From an uncultured Gammaproteobacteria bacterium (GTDB taxonomy: Bacteria > Pseudomonadota > Gammaproteobacteria > Xanthomonadales > Rhodanobacteraceae), in the NCBI GenBank assembly GCA_963772435.1, contig CAVYXI010000018.1, positions 607,793 to 671,792 of the forward strand: a stretch of DNA of 64,000 bases, given 5' to 3'. A program made the translations under genes and the position numbers. The number at the start of each line of letters is the position of its first letter. Position 1 is the stretch's first letter. Positions 11,367 through 22,096 of the stretch are shown in pieces. The notes beneath the pieces are model-generated. The model saw only the letters and a program-made list of their open reading frames with translations, had not been told where the DNA came from and ran no database searches.

Positions 11367-13079
11367 ATGTCGATCACCCTGAGCCGCCGCGCCTATGCAG
11401 ACATGTACGGCCCGACCGTCGGCGACCGCATACGCCTTGCCGACAGCGAGTTGTTGATCGAGGTCGAGAAGGACTTCACGGTCTACGGCGAGGAAGTGAA
11501 ATTCGGCGGCGGCAAGGTCATCCGCGACGGCATGGGCCAGTCGCAGGTCAGCCGTGCGGAAGGCGCGATGGACACCGTGATCACGAATGCGGTGATTCTC
11601 GATTACACGGGCATCGTCAAAGCCGACATCGGCCTGCGCGACGGACGCATCGCGAAGATCGGCAAGGCCGGCAATCCCGACGTGCAACCGGGCGTCGACA
11701 TCGTGATTGGCCCGGGCACCGAAATCATCGCGGGCGAAGGCAAGATCGTCACCGCGGGCGGCATCGACGCGCACATCCACTTCATCTGTCCGCAGCAGAT
11801 CGAGGAAGCGCTGTATTCGGGCATCACGACGATGCTCGGCGGCGGTACCGGCCCTGCGCACGGCACGCTCGCGACGACGTGCACGCCCGGCGCGTGGCAT
11901 CTCGCGCGCATGCTGCAGGCGGCCGAAGCGTTTCCGATGAACCTCGGCTTCTTCGGCAAGGGCAACGCGAGCAAGCCGGAGGCGCTCGAGGAGATGGTGC
12001 TGGCAGGCGCATGCGGCCTCAAGCTGCACGAGGACTGGGGCACGACTCCAGCCGCAATCGACTGCTGCCTGTCCGTGTGCGACGCGCTCGACGTGCAGGC
12101 GACGCTGCATACGGACACGCTCAACGAATCGGGTTTCGTCGAATCGACGATCGCCGCGTTCAAGGGCCGCACGATCCATGCCTTCCACACCGAAGGCGCG
12201 GGCGGCGGCCATGCGCCCGACATCATCAAGGTCGCCGGCCTGCCGAACGTGCTGCCGTCGAGCACGAATCCGACCCGGCCGTACACGGTCAACACGCTCG
12301 ACGAGCATCTCGACATGCTCATGGTCTGCCATCACCTCGATCCGCGCATCGCCGAGGACGTCGCGTTCGCCGAGAGCCGCATCCGCAAGGAGACGATCGC
12401 CGCCGAGGACATCCTGCACGACCTCGGCGCGTTCTCGATGATGAGTTCGGATTCGCAGGCGATGGGCCGCGTCGGCGAAACGATCATCCGCTGCTGGCAG
12501 ACGGCCGACAAGATGAAGCGTCAGCGCGGTGCGCTGTCGCCGGACAGCGCGAAGAGCGACAACTTTCGCGCGCGTCGCTACATCGCCAAGTACACGATCA
12601 ATCCCGCGATCGCGCACGGCATCGCCGAGCACGTCGGCTCGATCGAACCCGGCAAGCTCGCCGACCTCGTGCTCTGGTCGCCCGCGTTCTTCGCGGTCAA
12701 GCCCGATCTCGTGCTGAAGGCCGGCTCGATCGCGGCGGCGCCGATGGGCGATCCGAACGCGAGCATCCCGACGCCGCAACCGGTGCACTACCGGCCGATG
12801 TTCGGCGCGTTCGGTCGCGCCGGCATCGAATCGTCGCTGCTGTTCGTGAGCGGCGCGTTCGCCGCGAGTGGCCAGGCGCAGAAGCTCGGCCTCACGCGTC
12901 CGCTCGCCGCAGTGAAGAACACGCGCGACGGCATCGGCAAGCGCAGCATGCGGCTCAACGACGCGACGCCGCAGATCGATGTCGATCCGGAAACCTACGA
13001 GGTGCGTGCGGACGGCGAATTGCTCACCTGCGAGCCCGCGACCGTCCTGCCGATGGCGCAGCGCTATTTCCTTTTCTGA
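11367..13079 (+). CDS. ureC: urease subunit alpha
   Basis: The product is 570 aa, intact, with the conserved UreC active-site regions (…[22 protein letters not shown]…). Confidence 0.97.
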   Translation: MSITLSRRAYADMYGPTVGDRIRLADSELLIEVEKDFTVYGEEVKFGGGKVIRDGMGQSQVSRAEGAMDTVITNAVILDYTGIVKADIGLRDGRIAKIGKAGNPDVQPGVDIVIGPGTEIIAGEGKIVTAGGIDAHIHFICPQQIEEALYSGITTMLGGGTGPAHGTLATTCTPGAWHLARMLQAAEAFPMNLGFFGKGNASKPEALEEMVLAGACGLKLHEDWGTTPAAIDCCLSVCDALDVQATLHTDTLNESGFVESTIAAFKGRTIHAFHTEGAGGGHAPDIIKVAGLPNVLPSSTNPTRPYTVNTLDEHLDMLMVCHHLDPRIAEDVAFAESRIRKETIAAEDILHDLGAFSMMSSDSQAMGRVGETIIRCWQTADKMKRQRGALSPDSAKSDNFRARRYIAKYTINPAIAHGIAEHVGSIEPGKLADLVLWSPAFFAVKPDLVLKAGSIAAAPMGDPNASIPTPQPVHYRPMFGAFGRAGIESSLLFVSGAFAASGQAQKLGLTRPLAAVKNTRDGIGKRSMRLNDATPQIDVDPETYEVRADGELLTCEPATVLPMAQRYFLF

Positions 13080-13087
13080 TCACCATC

Positions 13088-13741
13088 ATGACCAACGATT
13101 TCCCGAGGTCGTCTTCGCCTTCCGCGCCGGAGGGGATCGCTGTTCGCAACGCACCGGCCGCGAGCATGCAGAATTCATCGGATCGCGCCGACGCCGGGCC
13201 AGAGTCGGCCGCATCGGCGACATTTCTCCCGGCGATCGAAGGAACGGAGACGGTACGCGCGCGCGCCGTTCTCGCGGCGGGCACATGGCCTGTCGAGGCG
13301 GCGTGCGATCGCATCACGCTCGACTACGAAGGCCGCCATCGCCGGCGCTTTCGCTATGTCGCGGACGGCGGCATCGATTTCGTGCTCGATCTTGCGCAAA
13401 CGGCACTGCTGCATGACGGCGATGGCTTGAAGCTGGACGATGGTCGCCTCATCGCAGTGCGGGCTGCCCCCGAATCGCTGGTCGCTGTGACTGCAGCGGA
13501 TGCTGATGCGCTGCTGCGTCTCGCCTGGCATATCGGCAATCGCCACCTGCCCGCGCAGTTGTCGGCGACACGGATCCTCATCCGCAACGACGCGGTCATC
13601 GTCTCGATGCTGCGCGGACTCGGCGCGACGGTCGAGGAAATCACGGCGCCATTCACGCCCGAGCGTGGCGCCTACGCGCATGCGCACGAGACGCATGCCC
13701 ATCCGTTCGTATTCACATCGGGCCATGGAAATGGGCTCTGA
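13088..13741 (+). CDS. ureE: urease accessory protein UreE (possible N-terminal extension)
   Basis: It has a UreE-like core (…LRLAWHIGNRHLPAQL…) and a His-rich tail (HAHETHAHPF). The start could instead lie downstream, for example at MQNSS. Confidence 0.75.
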   Translation: MTNDFPRSSSPSAPEGIAVRNAPAASMQNSSDRADAGPESAASATFLPAIEGTETVRARAVLAAGTWPVEAACDRITLDYEGRHRRRFRYVADGGIDFVLDLAQTALLHDGDGLKLDDGRLIAVRAAPESLVAVTAADADALLRLAWHIGNRHLPAQLSATRILIRNDAVIVSMLRGLGATVEEITAPFTPERGAYAHAHETHAHPFVFTSGHGNGL

Positions 13742-13850
13742 CGCCCCTGTCATGCCACTGCCTTCGCACCCGGACAAAGGCTGCGAGGGGAACGTGAGTC
13801 CTCGTGATGGCACAGACGCCGGCCCAGGATCGCCTTCGTTCGCGCGCACG

Positions 13851-13918
13851 CGGAAATCCCATGCCATCGTCTCGCAGGAGAAACAGCCACTGGATTCCCA
13901 CGTGCGCGGGAATGACGG
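13851..13918. repeat. imperfect palindromic element (CGCGCACGCGGAAATCCC … GGATTCCCACGTGCGCG) in the unusually long (~220 bp) ureE–ureF spacer
   Basis: The inverted repeat arms are about 17 bp long with 2 mismatches and a 32-nt spacer. This resembles the short REP-like palindromes common in Burkholderia intergenic regions. Confidence 0.4.
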
Positions 13919-13958
13919 ACGGGAGCGGGGCGTGGCCGCCGAAGCACCCGCTGCTTCC

Positions 13959-14657
13959 ATGCAAGCGCAAGAAACAGCACAGATGCCCGACGGCTTTTCC
14001 CGGCTGCTCGCATGGACGTCCCCGTCGTATCCGACCGGCGCGTTCAGCTACAGCCACGGCCTCGAGTGGGCGGTCGAGGAAGGCGGCGTCCGGGACTGCG
14101 CGACGCTCGTTGCCTACATCGAGGCGGTGCTCGCGCGCGGCGGCGGCTGGATCGATGCGGTGCTGTTCGCGCACGCACATGGGTGCGCGCGCGACCCCGC
14201 CGCGTTCGACGAGATCGCCGAACTCGCCGCGGCGTTTCGCGGCAGCGCCGAAACCGCCCTCGAAAGCCAGCAGCAAGGCATGGCATTTCTCACTGTCACG
14301 CGCCGAGCGTGGCCGCACCCCGCACTCGACGCCTTCGCGACGCGCGACGAAACCTTGCCCATCGCGCACAGCATCGCCATGGCGTTGGCCTGCGCCGTGC
14401 ACGGCATCGCGTGCAGGCCCGCGCTCACTGCCTGGCTGCACGGCACTGCCGCCAATCTCGTCTCGGCCGGCGTGCGCCTGATCCCGCTCGGCCAGACGGA
14501 CGGACAGATCGCGATCGCCCGGCTCGCGCCGCGCATCGAAGAACTCGCGGCACTTGCGATGCAAACCTCGCTCGACGATCTCGGCACGGCGGCGCCGCTG
14601 CTCGAGCTCTGTTCGATTCGCCACGAAACCCAATACACGAGGCTGTTTCGCTCATGA
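13959..14657 (+). CDS. ureF: urease accessory protein UreF
   Basis: The UreF pattern is present ([28 protein letters not shown]…). The alternative start MPDGF is 24 bp downstream. Confidence 0.85.
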   Translation: MQAQETAQMPDGFSRLLAWTSPSYPTGAFSYSHGLEWAVEEGGVRDCATLVAYIEAVLARGGGWIDAVLFAHAHGCARDPAAFDEIAELAAAFRGSAETALESQQQGMAFLTVTRRAWPHPALDAFATRDETLPIAHSIAMALACAVHGIACRPALTAWLHGTAANLVSAGVRLIPLGQTDGQIAIARLAPRIEELAALAMQTSLDDLGTAAPLLELCSIRHETQYTRLFRS

Positions 14658-15094
14658 AGATCCTCGCCGCCGTTGTTTTCGTCCTGCTCTCGGCGATCGC
14701 CGCGCTGCATGTCGCGTGGGGATTCGGCCTGCGCTGGCCCGCGCGCAACGAGCGCGAACTTGTCGCGACCGTGATCGGCGCGAAACGACGCGAGCACCTG
14801 CCGAGCCTTGCGCAGTGTTTCGCCGCCGCGGCGGCGATCTTCGGCGCAGGTTGCGTCGCGCTGCTGATGAGCGGCCTCGTCGACTCTTTGCTGCCGCGTC
14901 ACATGCTCACAATCGCCGGTATCGTGCTGCTCGGCGTGTTCGCGTTGCGCGGCATCGCGGCCTACCTGCCCGCCTGGCGGAACGTGTTTTCGCAGGAACC
15001 TTTCGCACGCTACGACCAGATCTACTACGCGCCGTTGTGCCTGTTCGTGGCACTCGTATTCGCCCTGCTCCTGATCGAGCGCCTCAAGAGTTGA
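14654..15094 (+). CDS. DUF3995-like small membrane protein embedded in the urease operon
   Basis: The product is 146 aa and contains 4 predicted TM helices. The ATG overlaps the ureF stop (tcATGa). Confidence 0.65.
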   Translation: MKILAAVVFVLLSAIAALHVAWGFGLRWPARNERELVATVIGAKRREHLPSLAQCFAAAAAIFGAGCVALLMSGLVDSLLPRHMLTIAGIVLLGVFALRGIAAYLPAWRNVFSQEPFARYDQIYYAPLCLFVALVFALLLIERLKS

Positions 15095-15099
15095 TATCG

Positions 15100-15756
15100 A
15101 TGAATGTTGAACAAGGAAACACGGGACCCTTGCGCGTCGGCATCGGCGGACCCGTCGGCTCAGGCAAGACCGCGTTGACCGAGCGGCTGTGCAAGCTGCT
15201 GCGCGACAGCTACGACGTCGCCGCTGTGACCAACGACATCTACACGCGCGAGGATGCCGAGTTCCTCACGCGCGCGGGCGCGCTCGCGCCCGAACGCATC
15301 GTCGGCGTCGAGACGGGCGGCTGTCCGCATACGGCGATCCGCGAGGACGCGAGCATCAACCTCGCGGCGGTCGCGGACATGCACCGGCGTTTTCCGGGAC
15401 TCGAACTGATCTTCATCGAGTCGGGCGGCGACAACCTCGCGGCGACATTCAGCCCCGAACTCGCCGACCTGACGATCTACGTGATCGACGTTTCCGCGGG
15501 CGACAAGATCCCGCGCAAGGGTGGCCCCGGCATCACGCGGTCCGACCTGCTCGTGATCAACAAGATCGATCTCGCGCCGCTCGTCGGCGCCTCGCTCGAG
15601 GTCATGGATCGCGACGCGAGGAAGATGCGCGGCGCGCGACCCTTCGTATTCAGCAATCTCAAGATCAATCGCGGCCTTGCCGAGATCGCGCAGTTCATCG
15701 TCGACAGCGGCGGCCTGCCTCGACGTCCACTCAAGGAGATTCCGAACCATGCATAA
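15100..15756 (+). CDS. ureG: urease accessory GTPase UreG
   Basis: The P-loop GGPVGSGKT is present, together with the rest of the canonical UreG sequence. Confidence 0.95.
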   Translation: MNVEQGNTGPLRVGIGGPVGSGKTALTERLCKLLRDSYDVAAVTNDIYTREDAEFLTRAGALAPERIVGVETGGCPHTAIREDASINLAAVADMHRRFPGLELIFIESGGDNLAATFSPELADLTIYVIDVSAGDKIPRKGGPGITRSDLLVINKIDLAPLVGASLEVMDRDARKMRGARPFVFSNLKINRGLAEIAQFIVDSGGLPRRPLKEIPNHA

Positions 15757-16340
15757 GAAAATCGGTCCCTGTCTTGCGCTGGCGGCGCTGCTCGTGGCCG
15801 GCAATGCGGCGGCGCACCCCGGGCACGGCGGCGTCGACGGATGGGCTGCGGGCTTCGTAGCACCCGCTCTCGGGCGCGGATCATCTGATCGCGATGGTCG
15901 TCATCGGCATCTGGGCAGCGCAACTCGGCGGGCGGGCGCTATGGGCGCTGCCATTGTCGTTTCTTTCGATGATGACGCTCGGCGCCGCGCTCGCGATCGC
16001 CTGCGGCGCGAACCTGTTCGCCGCTTCGGCAATCGAATCGGCCATCGCCGCTTCGCTGCTCGTCCTCGGCCTCGCCGTCGCGCGTGCGGCGCAGAATGCC
16101 GGTCGCGACCGCGATGGCGCTGACCGCGTCGTTCGCCCTGTTCCATGGCATCGCGCACGGCGTCGAGTTGCCGACGCTGGCCGACCCGTTCCGCTACGGG
16201 CTCGGCTTCGTCGCCGCGACGGCGATGCTGCACGCCGGCGGCGTCGCGATCGGCCTCGTCATGCAGCGCAACGCGCCGGTGCTCGCGCGCGTGTCAGGGG
16301 CGGCGACGGCCGCGGCGGGCGTCGCGCTCCTTCTCGGTTG
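15749..16340 (+). CDS. ureJ: HupE/UreJ family Ni transporter; two frameshifts in this sequence
   Basis: The N-terminus is [28 protein letters not shown]. The middle part [35 protein letters not shown] and the C-terminal part …[13 protein letters not shown]…[10 protein letters not shown] lie in two other frames. Confidence 0.7.
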
Positions 16341-16408
16341 AGCGGCCCGGCGAGCGTCTCGCAGCATCGCGGCCTGCGGCCGGGGGAACGGTTTTGCGCC
16401 AGGCGCAA

Positions 16409-18499
16409 TCATGGAGAACACGCGGCGATGCCGAGCGGCGTCGTCAGGCGCTGCAGCGCAAACGTGCCGAGCGGCCCGAAGCCCGCCTGGCCGTTGTTGA
16501 TGAAGGGCCCCGTCACGGCGGAGCCGGTCGAACAGGACAGCTGGACGCTCGATCCGATGCCGCTCGACTTGTCTATCTGTGCCGGGTTGAACGCGGCGCC
16601 GAAATGCGTGCCGTGCGGCTGGACAAGTTCGCCGCTGTAGGCACTCGAAGTGAGCGCGTCCAGACCCTGGAACCAGCTTTGCGTCCCGTCTTCGGAGAGG
16701 ACGAAATAGAGCACCGAAAGCGTGCTGGCATCGAGCTGGTCGATCAGGAATCCGTCGCCGCTCACGGTCGGGTCGTACCAGCCGCCGCTCGGTTGCGCGG
16801 CAGTCGTCGTGCCTGACGCGCAATTCAGTCCGGCGAGTGACGTCAGCCGCTTGATCGGCACTTCCATCGAGCCCCAGCCCGCCGGGCCATCCCAGCGCAT
16901 GCCGCCGCTGCCGCAGTCGTCGAAAGTGAGCGCGATGCGGCCCCACGGCGTCTGCGTGACCTTGCCGGTCGCGTCGCGCAACGGCCGCAACACGTTCGCG
17001 AATTCGATGCCGTTGCCGACGATGTCGCCGATCGCATAGACCCACGCCTGCGTGCCGGCGACGCTTGCGGGCGGATAAGTGAAGAAGTATACGGCGGCCT
17101 TGTTGTTCGGCAGGATCTCGAGTTCGATGCCTTCGCCGCTGCGCGCAGGGTCGTACCAGGTACCGCTGTAGCGCGCGTCGACCGGCGGCGCAGTGCTCGC
17201 GGGACGTGGCGTGACCTGACTGTCGAAGCTCGGCGGCGTGATCGTCGCGTCGAAACGGCACGGCCCAGCAGCGCCCGCGCCCATGGCGGTCTGGCAGCTC
17301 GACTGCAGCGTCGCGACGGTCGGTTGTGCCGAGCCGGCGATCCAGGCACGCAGCGCTTCCCAGCCGCCGACGCCCTCGGCGAGATTGAAGCCGCAATGCG
17401 ACGGCGAGTCCTCGTTGACGAACGCGCTCGTCAATTGCGTCGCCGGCACGGTCTGGCGCAGCGTCGACTGGTTGGCCGGGATCACGAGCTCGTCCCTGCT
17501 CGTGTGCACCGAGACGATCTTCGTGCTCGCGGGGATGCGGCCGCGAAAATCCGACGCCCAGCGAAAATAGAGCTGTGCGAACGGGTTGGCATCGATGCGC
17601 GCGATGCCCGCGTCGATCGCGCTGTCGCCGTAGACGACGCCGGTCGTCGTGAACGGGTTGAGGCCGTTCAACTTGTCCGGCGCCCGCACGAGGTCGGACA
17701 GGCCGTAGGTCGAGTAGCCCATATCGACGAGGAAGAAGTGATCAGTCGTGACGTGGCTGAAATTCTTCAGCTGCGCGAGGCGCCGCTGCATGCCGCCGTT
17801 CTGCAGCGAGGTCGGCAGGCTGACGCCGGTGCAGGCGTTGACGGGAAGCAGCGTCTCTATCAGCAGCGCCTCGTTCTCGAGGTCGGAGAGATTGTCGGGA
17901 ACGTCTGCGAGGTCGTACGCCCAGGTGAGCGGCGGCTTGCCGGTCGGCAGCGCGGCATCGCTGACACCCTTGCAGACGACGTCATAGCCCAGACGGGCGT
18001 CGATGCCGGAATCCCATACGCGAGAACCCGCCGCAGGTGGACAGGCCGAGTAGACGCCCGCGACGGGTGCAAACCGGGGATCTTCGGCGAGCTTGAGCGC
18101 GACGAGGCCGCCGAGCGAGCCACCGTAAGGGATGATCGAACCTGGCGTGCCCACGCGCTGCCTGAACGCGTCGAGCAGCTGTGCATTGTCGTCCGCCGCG
18201 TTGAACAACGCCCAGGCGCGCTGGCTGAAGCTCGACGCGGCGACGGCGTAGCCTTCGCTCAGTTGCAAATCGGCGATCGGCCCGAGATCAGGATTTGGCT
18301 TGGGCGGATCGAACGACAGCCCGTGCTGGTAGAGGACGACTGCGCCGCCCGGCTGCCAGCCGTCCGGCACCTTGATCTGGTAATAGGCGCCCGAAGCGGT
18401 CTGGCCGGTGAGCGTCTGGGTCGCCCCGGCATCAGCGGCCAACAGCAGACTGGCGCATGCGAACGCGACGCATAGCGCTGCGAGGAGGCGTGTTTCCAT
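16409..18499 (-). CDS. secreted alpha/beta-hydrolase-like protein (GxSxG) with two C-terminal 'WYDP-SGEG' repeat domains
   Basis: The product is 696 aa and intact, with a signal peptide. YGGSLGG matches the GxSxG nucleophile motif. The C-terminal half contains two tandem ~130-aa modules that begin SGTWYDPARSGEGIELEILP and SGGWYDPTVSGDGFLIDQLD. Confidence 0.7.
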   Translation of the reverse strand: METRLLAALCVAFACASLLLAADAGATQTLTGQTASGAYYQIKVPDGWQPGGAVVLYQHGLSFDPPKPNPDLGPIADLQLSEGYAVAASSFSQRAWALFNAADDNAQLLDAFRQRVGTPGSIIPYGGSLGGLVALKLAEDPRFAPVAGVYSACPPAAGSRVWDSGIDARLGYDVVCKGVSDAALPTGKPPLTWAYDLADVPDNLSDLENEALLIETLLPVNACTGVSLPTSLQNGGMQRRLAQLKNFSHVTTDHFFLVDMGYSTYGLSDLVRAPDKLNGLNPFTTTGVVYGDSAIDAGIARIDANPFAQLYFRWASDFRGRIPASTKIVSVHTSRDELVIPANQSTLRQTVPATQLTSAFVNEDSPSHCGFNLAEGVGGWEALRAWIAGSAQPTVATLQSSCQTAMGAGAAGPCRFDATITPPSFDSQVTPRPASTAPPVDARYSGTWYDPARSGEGIELEILPNNKAAVYFFTYPPASVAGTQAWVYAIGDIVGNGIEFANVLRPLRDATGKVTQTPWGRIALTFDDCGSGGMRWDGPAGWGSMEVPIKRLTSLAGLNCASGTTTAAQPSGGWYDPTVSGDGFLIDQLDASTLSVLYFVLSEDGTQSWFQGLDALTSSAYSGELVQPHGTHFGAAFNPAQIDKSSGIGSSVQLSCSTGSAVTGPFINNGQAGFGPLGTFALQRLTTPLGIAACSP

Positions 18500-18677
18500 G
18501 CGATATCTGCTCCGTTAGCCGATCTTCCATTGCGCGATCTTCAGGTCGATGCCCCAGTTCGCGGACTCCATGTCTCGAATTGGGGACTCGCAACAAAAAT
18601 AGGCCTTTGCGCCTTAAGAGGGGCTAAATGTTCAACGCTCCCCTGTTCAGCGAGCGAACTGTCGATAGAATGGACGC

Positions 18678-19688
18678 ATGAGGGTACTGGTTACGGGGGC
18701 GAGCGGTTTCCTGGGTCAGGCGATCTGCACGCAGCTGATCGCCGAGGGTCACACCGTTCGCGCGTTTCAGCGCAACGAGCACGCGCACCTCGCGCAGCTC
18801 GGCGTCGACCAGCGCCTCGGCAACCTCGGCGACCTCGATGCCGTGATGGCGGCGAGCGAAGACGTCGACGCGATCATCCACAGCGCCGCGCTGGTCGGCG
18901 GCTGGGGCTCGGTCGAGGCGTTCTACGACACGAACGTGTGCGGCACCGATCACGTGCTCGCGGCCTGCGAACTGAATGGCGTGCGCAAGCTCGTGTACAC
19001 GTCGAGCGCGAGCGTCGTGTTCGGCGGCAGCGACCTCGACGGCGTCGACGAATCGGCACCGTACGCGAAGAAGTTCAGCTCGCCCTATGGCCACACCAAG
19101 GCCCTGGCCGAGCAACGCGTGCTGGACGCGAACGGCAGCGAGCTCGCCACCGTCGCGGTGCGGCCGCATTTCATGTGGGGTCCTGGCGACGCGAACCTGT
19201 TGCCGCGCGTGATCGCGCGCGCGCGCGCCGGCCACCTGCGCCTCATCGGCGACGGCAGCAAGCGCGTCGATACGGTTTTCGTCGACAACGCGGCCAGCGC
19301 CCACCTGCTCGCGCTGCGCGGCCTGCGTGTCGGTTCGCCGCTTGCGGGCAAGGCCTATTTCGTCAGCCAGGGCGAGCCCGTCACCCACGAACATCTGATC
19401 AACGCCTGGCTGCTCGCCGCTGGGTTGCCGCCGGAAACTCGGCATATCTCGCCGCGCCTCGCACGCGTGCTGGGCTCGATCCTCGAGGGTCTCTATCGGA
19501 CGATCGGCAGCAGAAGCCCGCCACCGCTCACCCGCCTCCTCGTCGAACAGATGTCGACGTCGCACTGGTTCAACATCGACGCCGCCCGGCGCGATCTGGG
19601 CTACGTGCCGCTGGTGAGCATCACCGAAGGATTGCATCGACTCAGCATGCACCTGCGTGCCGAGCGTGAGCTGCCCGCAGGCGGCTGA
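18678..19688 (+). CDS. NAD-dependent epimerase/dehydratase family protein (3-beta-HSD-like)
   Basis: It carries VLVTGASGFLG and the YxxxK motif (YGHTKALAE). The ORF is intact and encodes 336 aa. Confidence 0.85.
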   Translation: MRVLVTGASGFLGQAICTQLIAEGHTVRAFQRNEHAHLAQLGVDQRLGNLGDLDAVMAASEDVDAIIHSAALVGGWGSVEAFYDTNVCGTDHVLAACELNGVRKLVYTSSASVVFGGSDLDGVDESAPYAKKFSSPYGHTKALAEQRVLDANGSELATVAVRPHFMWGPGDANLLPRVIARARAGHLRLIGDGSKRVDTVFVDNAASAHLLALRGLRVGSPLAGKAYFVSQGEPVTHEHLINAWLLAAGLPPETRHISPRLARVLGSILEGLYRTIGSRSPPPLTRLLVEQMSTSHWFNIDAARRDLGYVPLVSITEGLHRLSMHLRAERELPAGG

Positions 19689-19762
19689 ATTCGGCGCAAC
19701 CGCTGCGCGGTCGGCGCCGCTGTGCGGCTACAATGACGATCCGTTCGACATCATCGAGTTCG

Positions 19763-20424
19763 ATGCCCGCGCCGCGTACGCCCAATCGCGTCCCCAATCC
19801 CATCTTGGTACAGCTCGGCCGCGCACTCGAAATCGCGCTCGAATCGCGCGCTCGTGCTCGATCCGCAGATGCGCACGCAATTGACCGCGATCGAAGGCCG
19901 GCGCATCGGCATCGAATTGCGCGGAACCGGTCTGGCGCTCGCGATCGAGGCGCGCGACGGCCGTCTGCGCGTGGGCCCGCATTGGGCCGAGCCCGCCGGC
20001 CTCGATGTGCGCGCCGCGCCTGCGAGTCTGCTCGCGTTCGCGCTGCGCCGCGATGCCGACGCGCCGCTGCCGCCGGGCAAGGTCGAAATCTCCGGCGATG
20101 CCGACCTCGCGCGGCGGCTCGAAAAGCTGTTCCGCAGTTATCGCCCCGACATCGAAGAGGCGTTCGCGAAGACGTTCGGCGACGTGCTTGGCGTGCCGCT
20201 TGGCGCGCGCGTTCGCGGGCGCGTTTGCGTGGGGGCGCGAATCAGCGCAGGCGCTCGCGCTCGATGCCGCCGAATATCTGCGCGAAGAGAGCCGCGACCT
20301 CGTCGCCCCCGCAGAAATGGAACTGTTCCTCGATGACGTGGACACCCTGCGCGAGCGCGGCGATCGCCTGCAGGCGCGCATCGACGCCGTCGCGGCGCGG
20401 CAGGCATCGCGAGGCGGCGCATGA
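19763..20424 (+). CDS. ubiJ: ubiquinone biosynthesis accessory factor UbiJ (SCP2 domain); frameshifted
   Basis: The UbiJ-like C-terminus is …[41 protein letters not shown], and the central part is …[32 protein letters not shown]. These lie in different frames. The gene sits directly upstream of ubiB. The start is uncertain. Confidence 0.6.
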
Positions 20425-22093
20425 CGCCGCTGCGTCAGCTGCCGCGCCTCCTGCGCATCGCAGCCGTTCTCGTGCGCTACCGCCTCGACGATCTCGTCGA
20501 AGGCGCGCATCTGTTCCGCCCGCTGCTGATCCTGCGTCCGCTGCTGCCGCGTCCGCGCGCCGATGTCGCGGCGATGACGCGCGGCGCACGATTGCGCTGC
20601 GCACTGATCGAGCTCGGGCCCATCTTCGTGAAATCCGGCCAGATCCTCTCGACGCGGCGCGACCTGCTCCCCGCCGATATCGCCGACGAACTCGCCCAGC
20701 TGCAGGATAGCGTGCCGCCGTTCGCGGGCAGCGAAGCGCGCAGCGCGATCGAGTCCGCGCTCGGCGCGCCGATCGGGCAACTGTATGCGCGCTTCGATTC
20801 GATGCCACTCGCGTCCGCATCGATCGCGCAGGTGCATGCCGCGTCTCTGATCGACAAGGACGGCGAACACGACGTCGTCGTCAAGGTACTGCGCCCGGGC
20901 ATCCGTGCGCGCGTGCGCGCCGACATCGACCTGCTGCGCGCGCTCGCGCAACTCGCCCAGCGCTGGCATCCGGCCGCCGACAAGATCCGGCCGCACGACA
21001 TCGTCAGCGAGATCGAGACGACGCTCGAGAACGAACTCGACCTGCAACGCGAAGGTGCGAATGCGAGCCTGCTGCGGCGCAACTTCGTCGACGGCGGCGA
21101 TCTCTACGTTCCGCAGGTCTACTGGGACCGCACCCAGGAGACGGTGCTGACGCTCGAGCGCGTGCGCGGCATCGCGGTCGACGATCTCGCGGCGCTCGAC
21201 GCGGCCGGCATCGATCGCATCGCGCTCGCCGAGAAAGGCGTGCGCGTGTTCTACACGCAGGTGTTCCGCGACAATTTTTTCCACGCCGACGCGCACCCCG
21301 GCAACATCTGGGTCGATCCCGAGCACAAGACCGATCCGCGCTTCATCGCGCTCGATTTCGGCATCATCGGCTCGCTGGCCGAGCGCGACCAGTTCTGGCT
21401 CGCCGAGAATTTCATGGCGCTGTTCGATCGCGACTACCGGCGCATCGCCGAACTGCATATCGCGGCAGGCTGGATTCCGGCGACGACGCGAATCGACGAA
21501 CTCGAAGCCGCGGTGCGCACCGTGTGCGAACCCTACTTCACGCGACCGCTGTCGGAGATCTCGCTCGGCGCGATCACCGCGAAGCTGTTTTCGGTCGCGC
21601 GTCGTTACGAGCTGACGTTGCAGCCGCAGCTGATCCTCCTGCAGAAGACGCTGCTCAACATCGAAGGCGTCGGCCGGCTCCTGCATCCGCAGATCGACAT
21701 CTGGGCGGTCGCCCGGCCGGTGCTCGCCGAGATACTGCGCAAGCGCTACGGCCTGCGCAATGCGCTGAAACAGATACGCCGGCGCCTGCCCGAATGGACC
21801 GCGGCCGCGCCCGAACTGCCCGAACTCGTGCACGCGGCGCTCAAGAAGGCGGCCGCGGCGAGTTGCAGTCCGCGGCGCATGCGGCCGAAGTCGCGCAGCG
21901 TGAGCGTCTCGCGCGCGAGCAGCGGCGCCATCTCGTCGCCCTGGTGTTCGGCGCCACTGCGCTGCTGATCGCCGCGCTGCTCTATGTGTTCGACGTGCGC
22001 GGCCTGCACGTCGTGCACCAGTCTCTTGCGGCAATCGTGTCCGCGATTGCCGGCACCATCGCCTTCGTCGTCGCGTGGCGCCGAACGCGCTGA
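20421..22093 (+). CDS. ubiB: ubiquinone biosynthesis protein kinase-like UbiB; frameshift near 21855
   Basis: It has ABC1/UbiB kinase-like motifs (…[12 protein letters not shown]…LDFGIIGSL…). The C-terminal TM segment is in frame 21524-22093. Confidence 0.85.
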
Positions 22094-22096
22094 CCG

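Noticed and set aside
13175-14633. Overlapping minus-strand ORFs across ureE/ureF.
   Set aside because: They are antisense to canonical urease accessory genes and have low-complexity translations.
15749-16640. A possible separate 248-aa gene (15894-16640) after ureG.
   Set aside because: Its first 60 residues are the middle of HupE/UreJ in a shifted frame, and the rest is read-through junk. It is better explained as a single frameshifted hupE.
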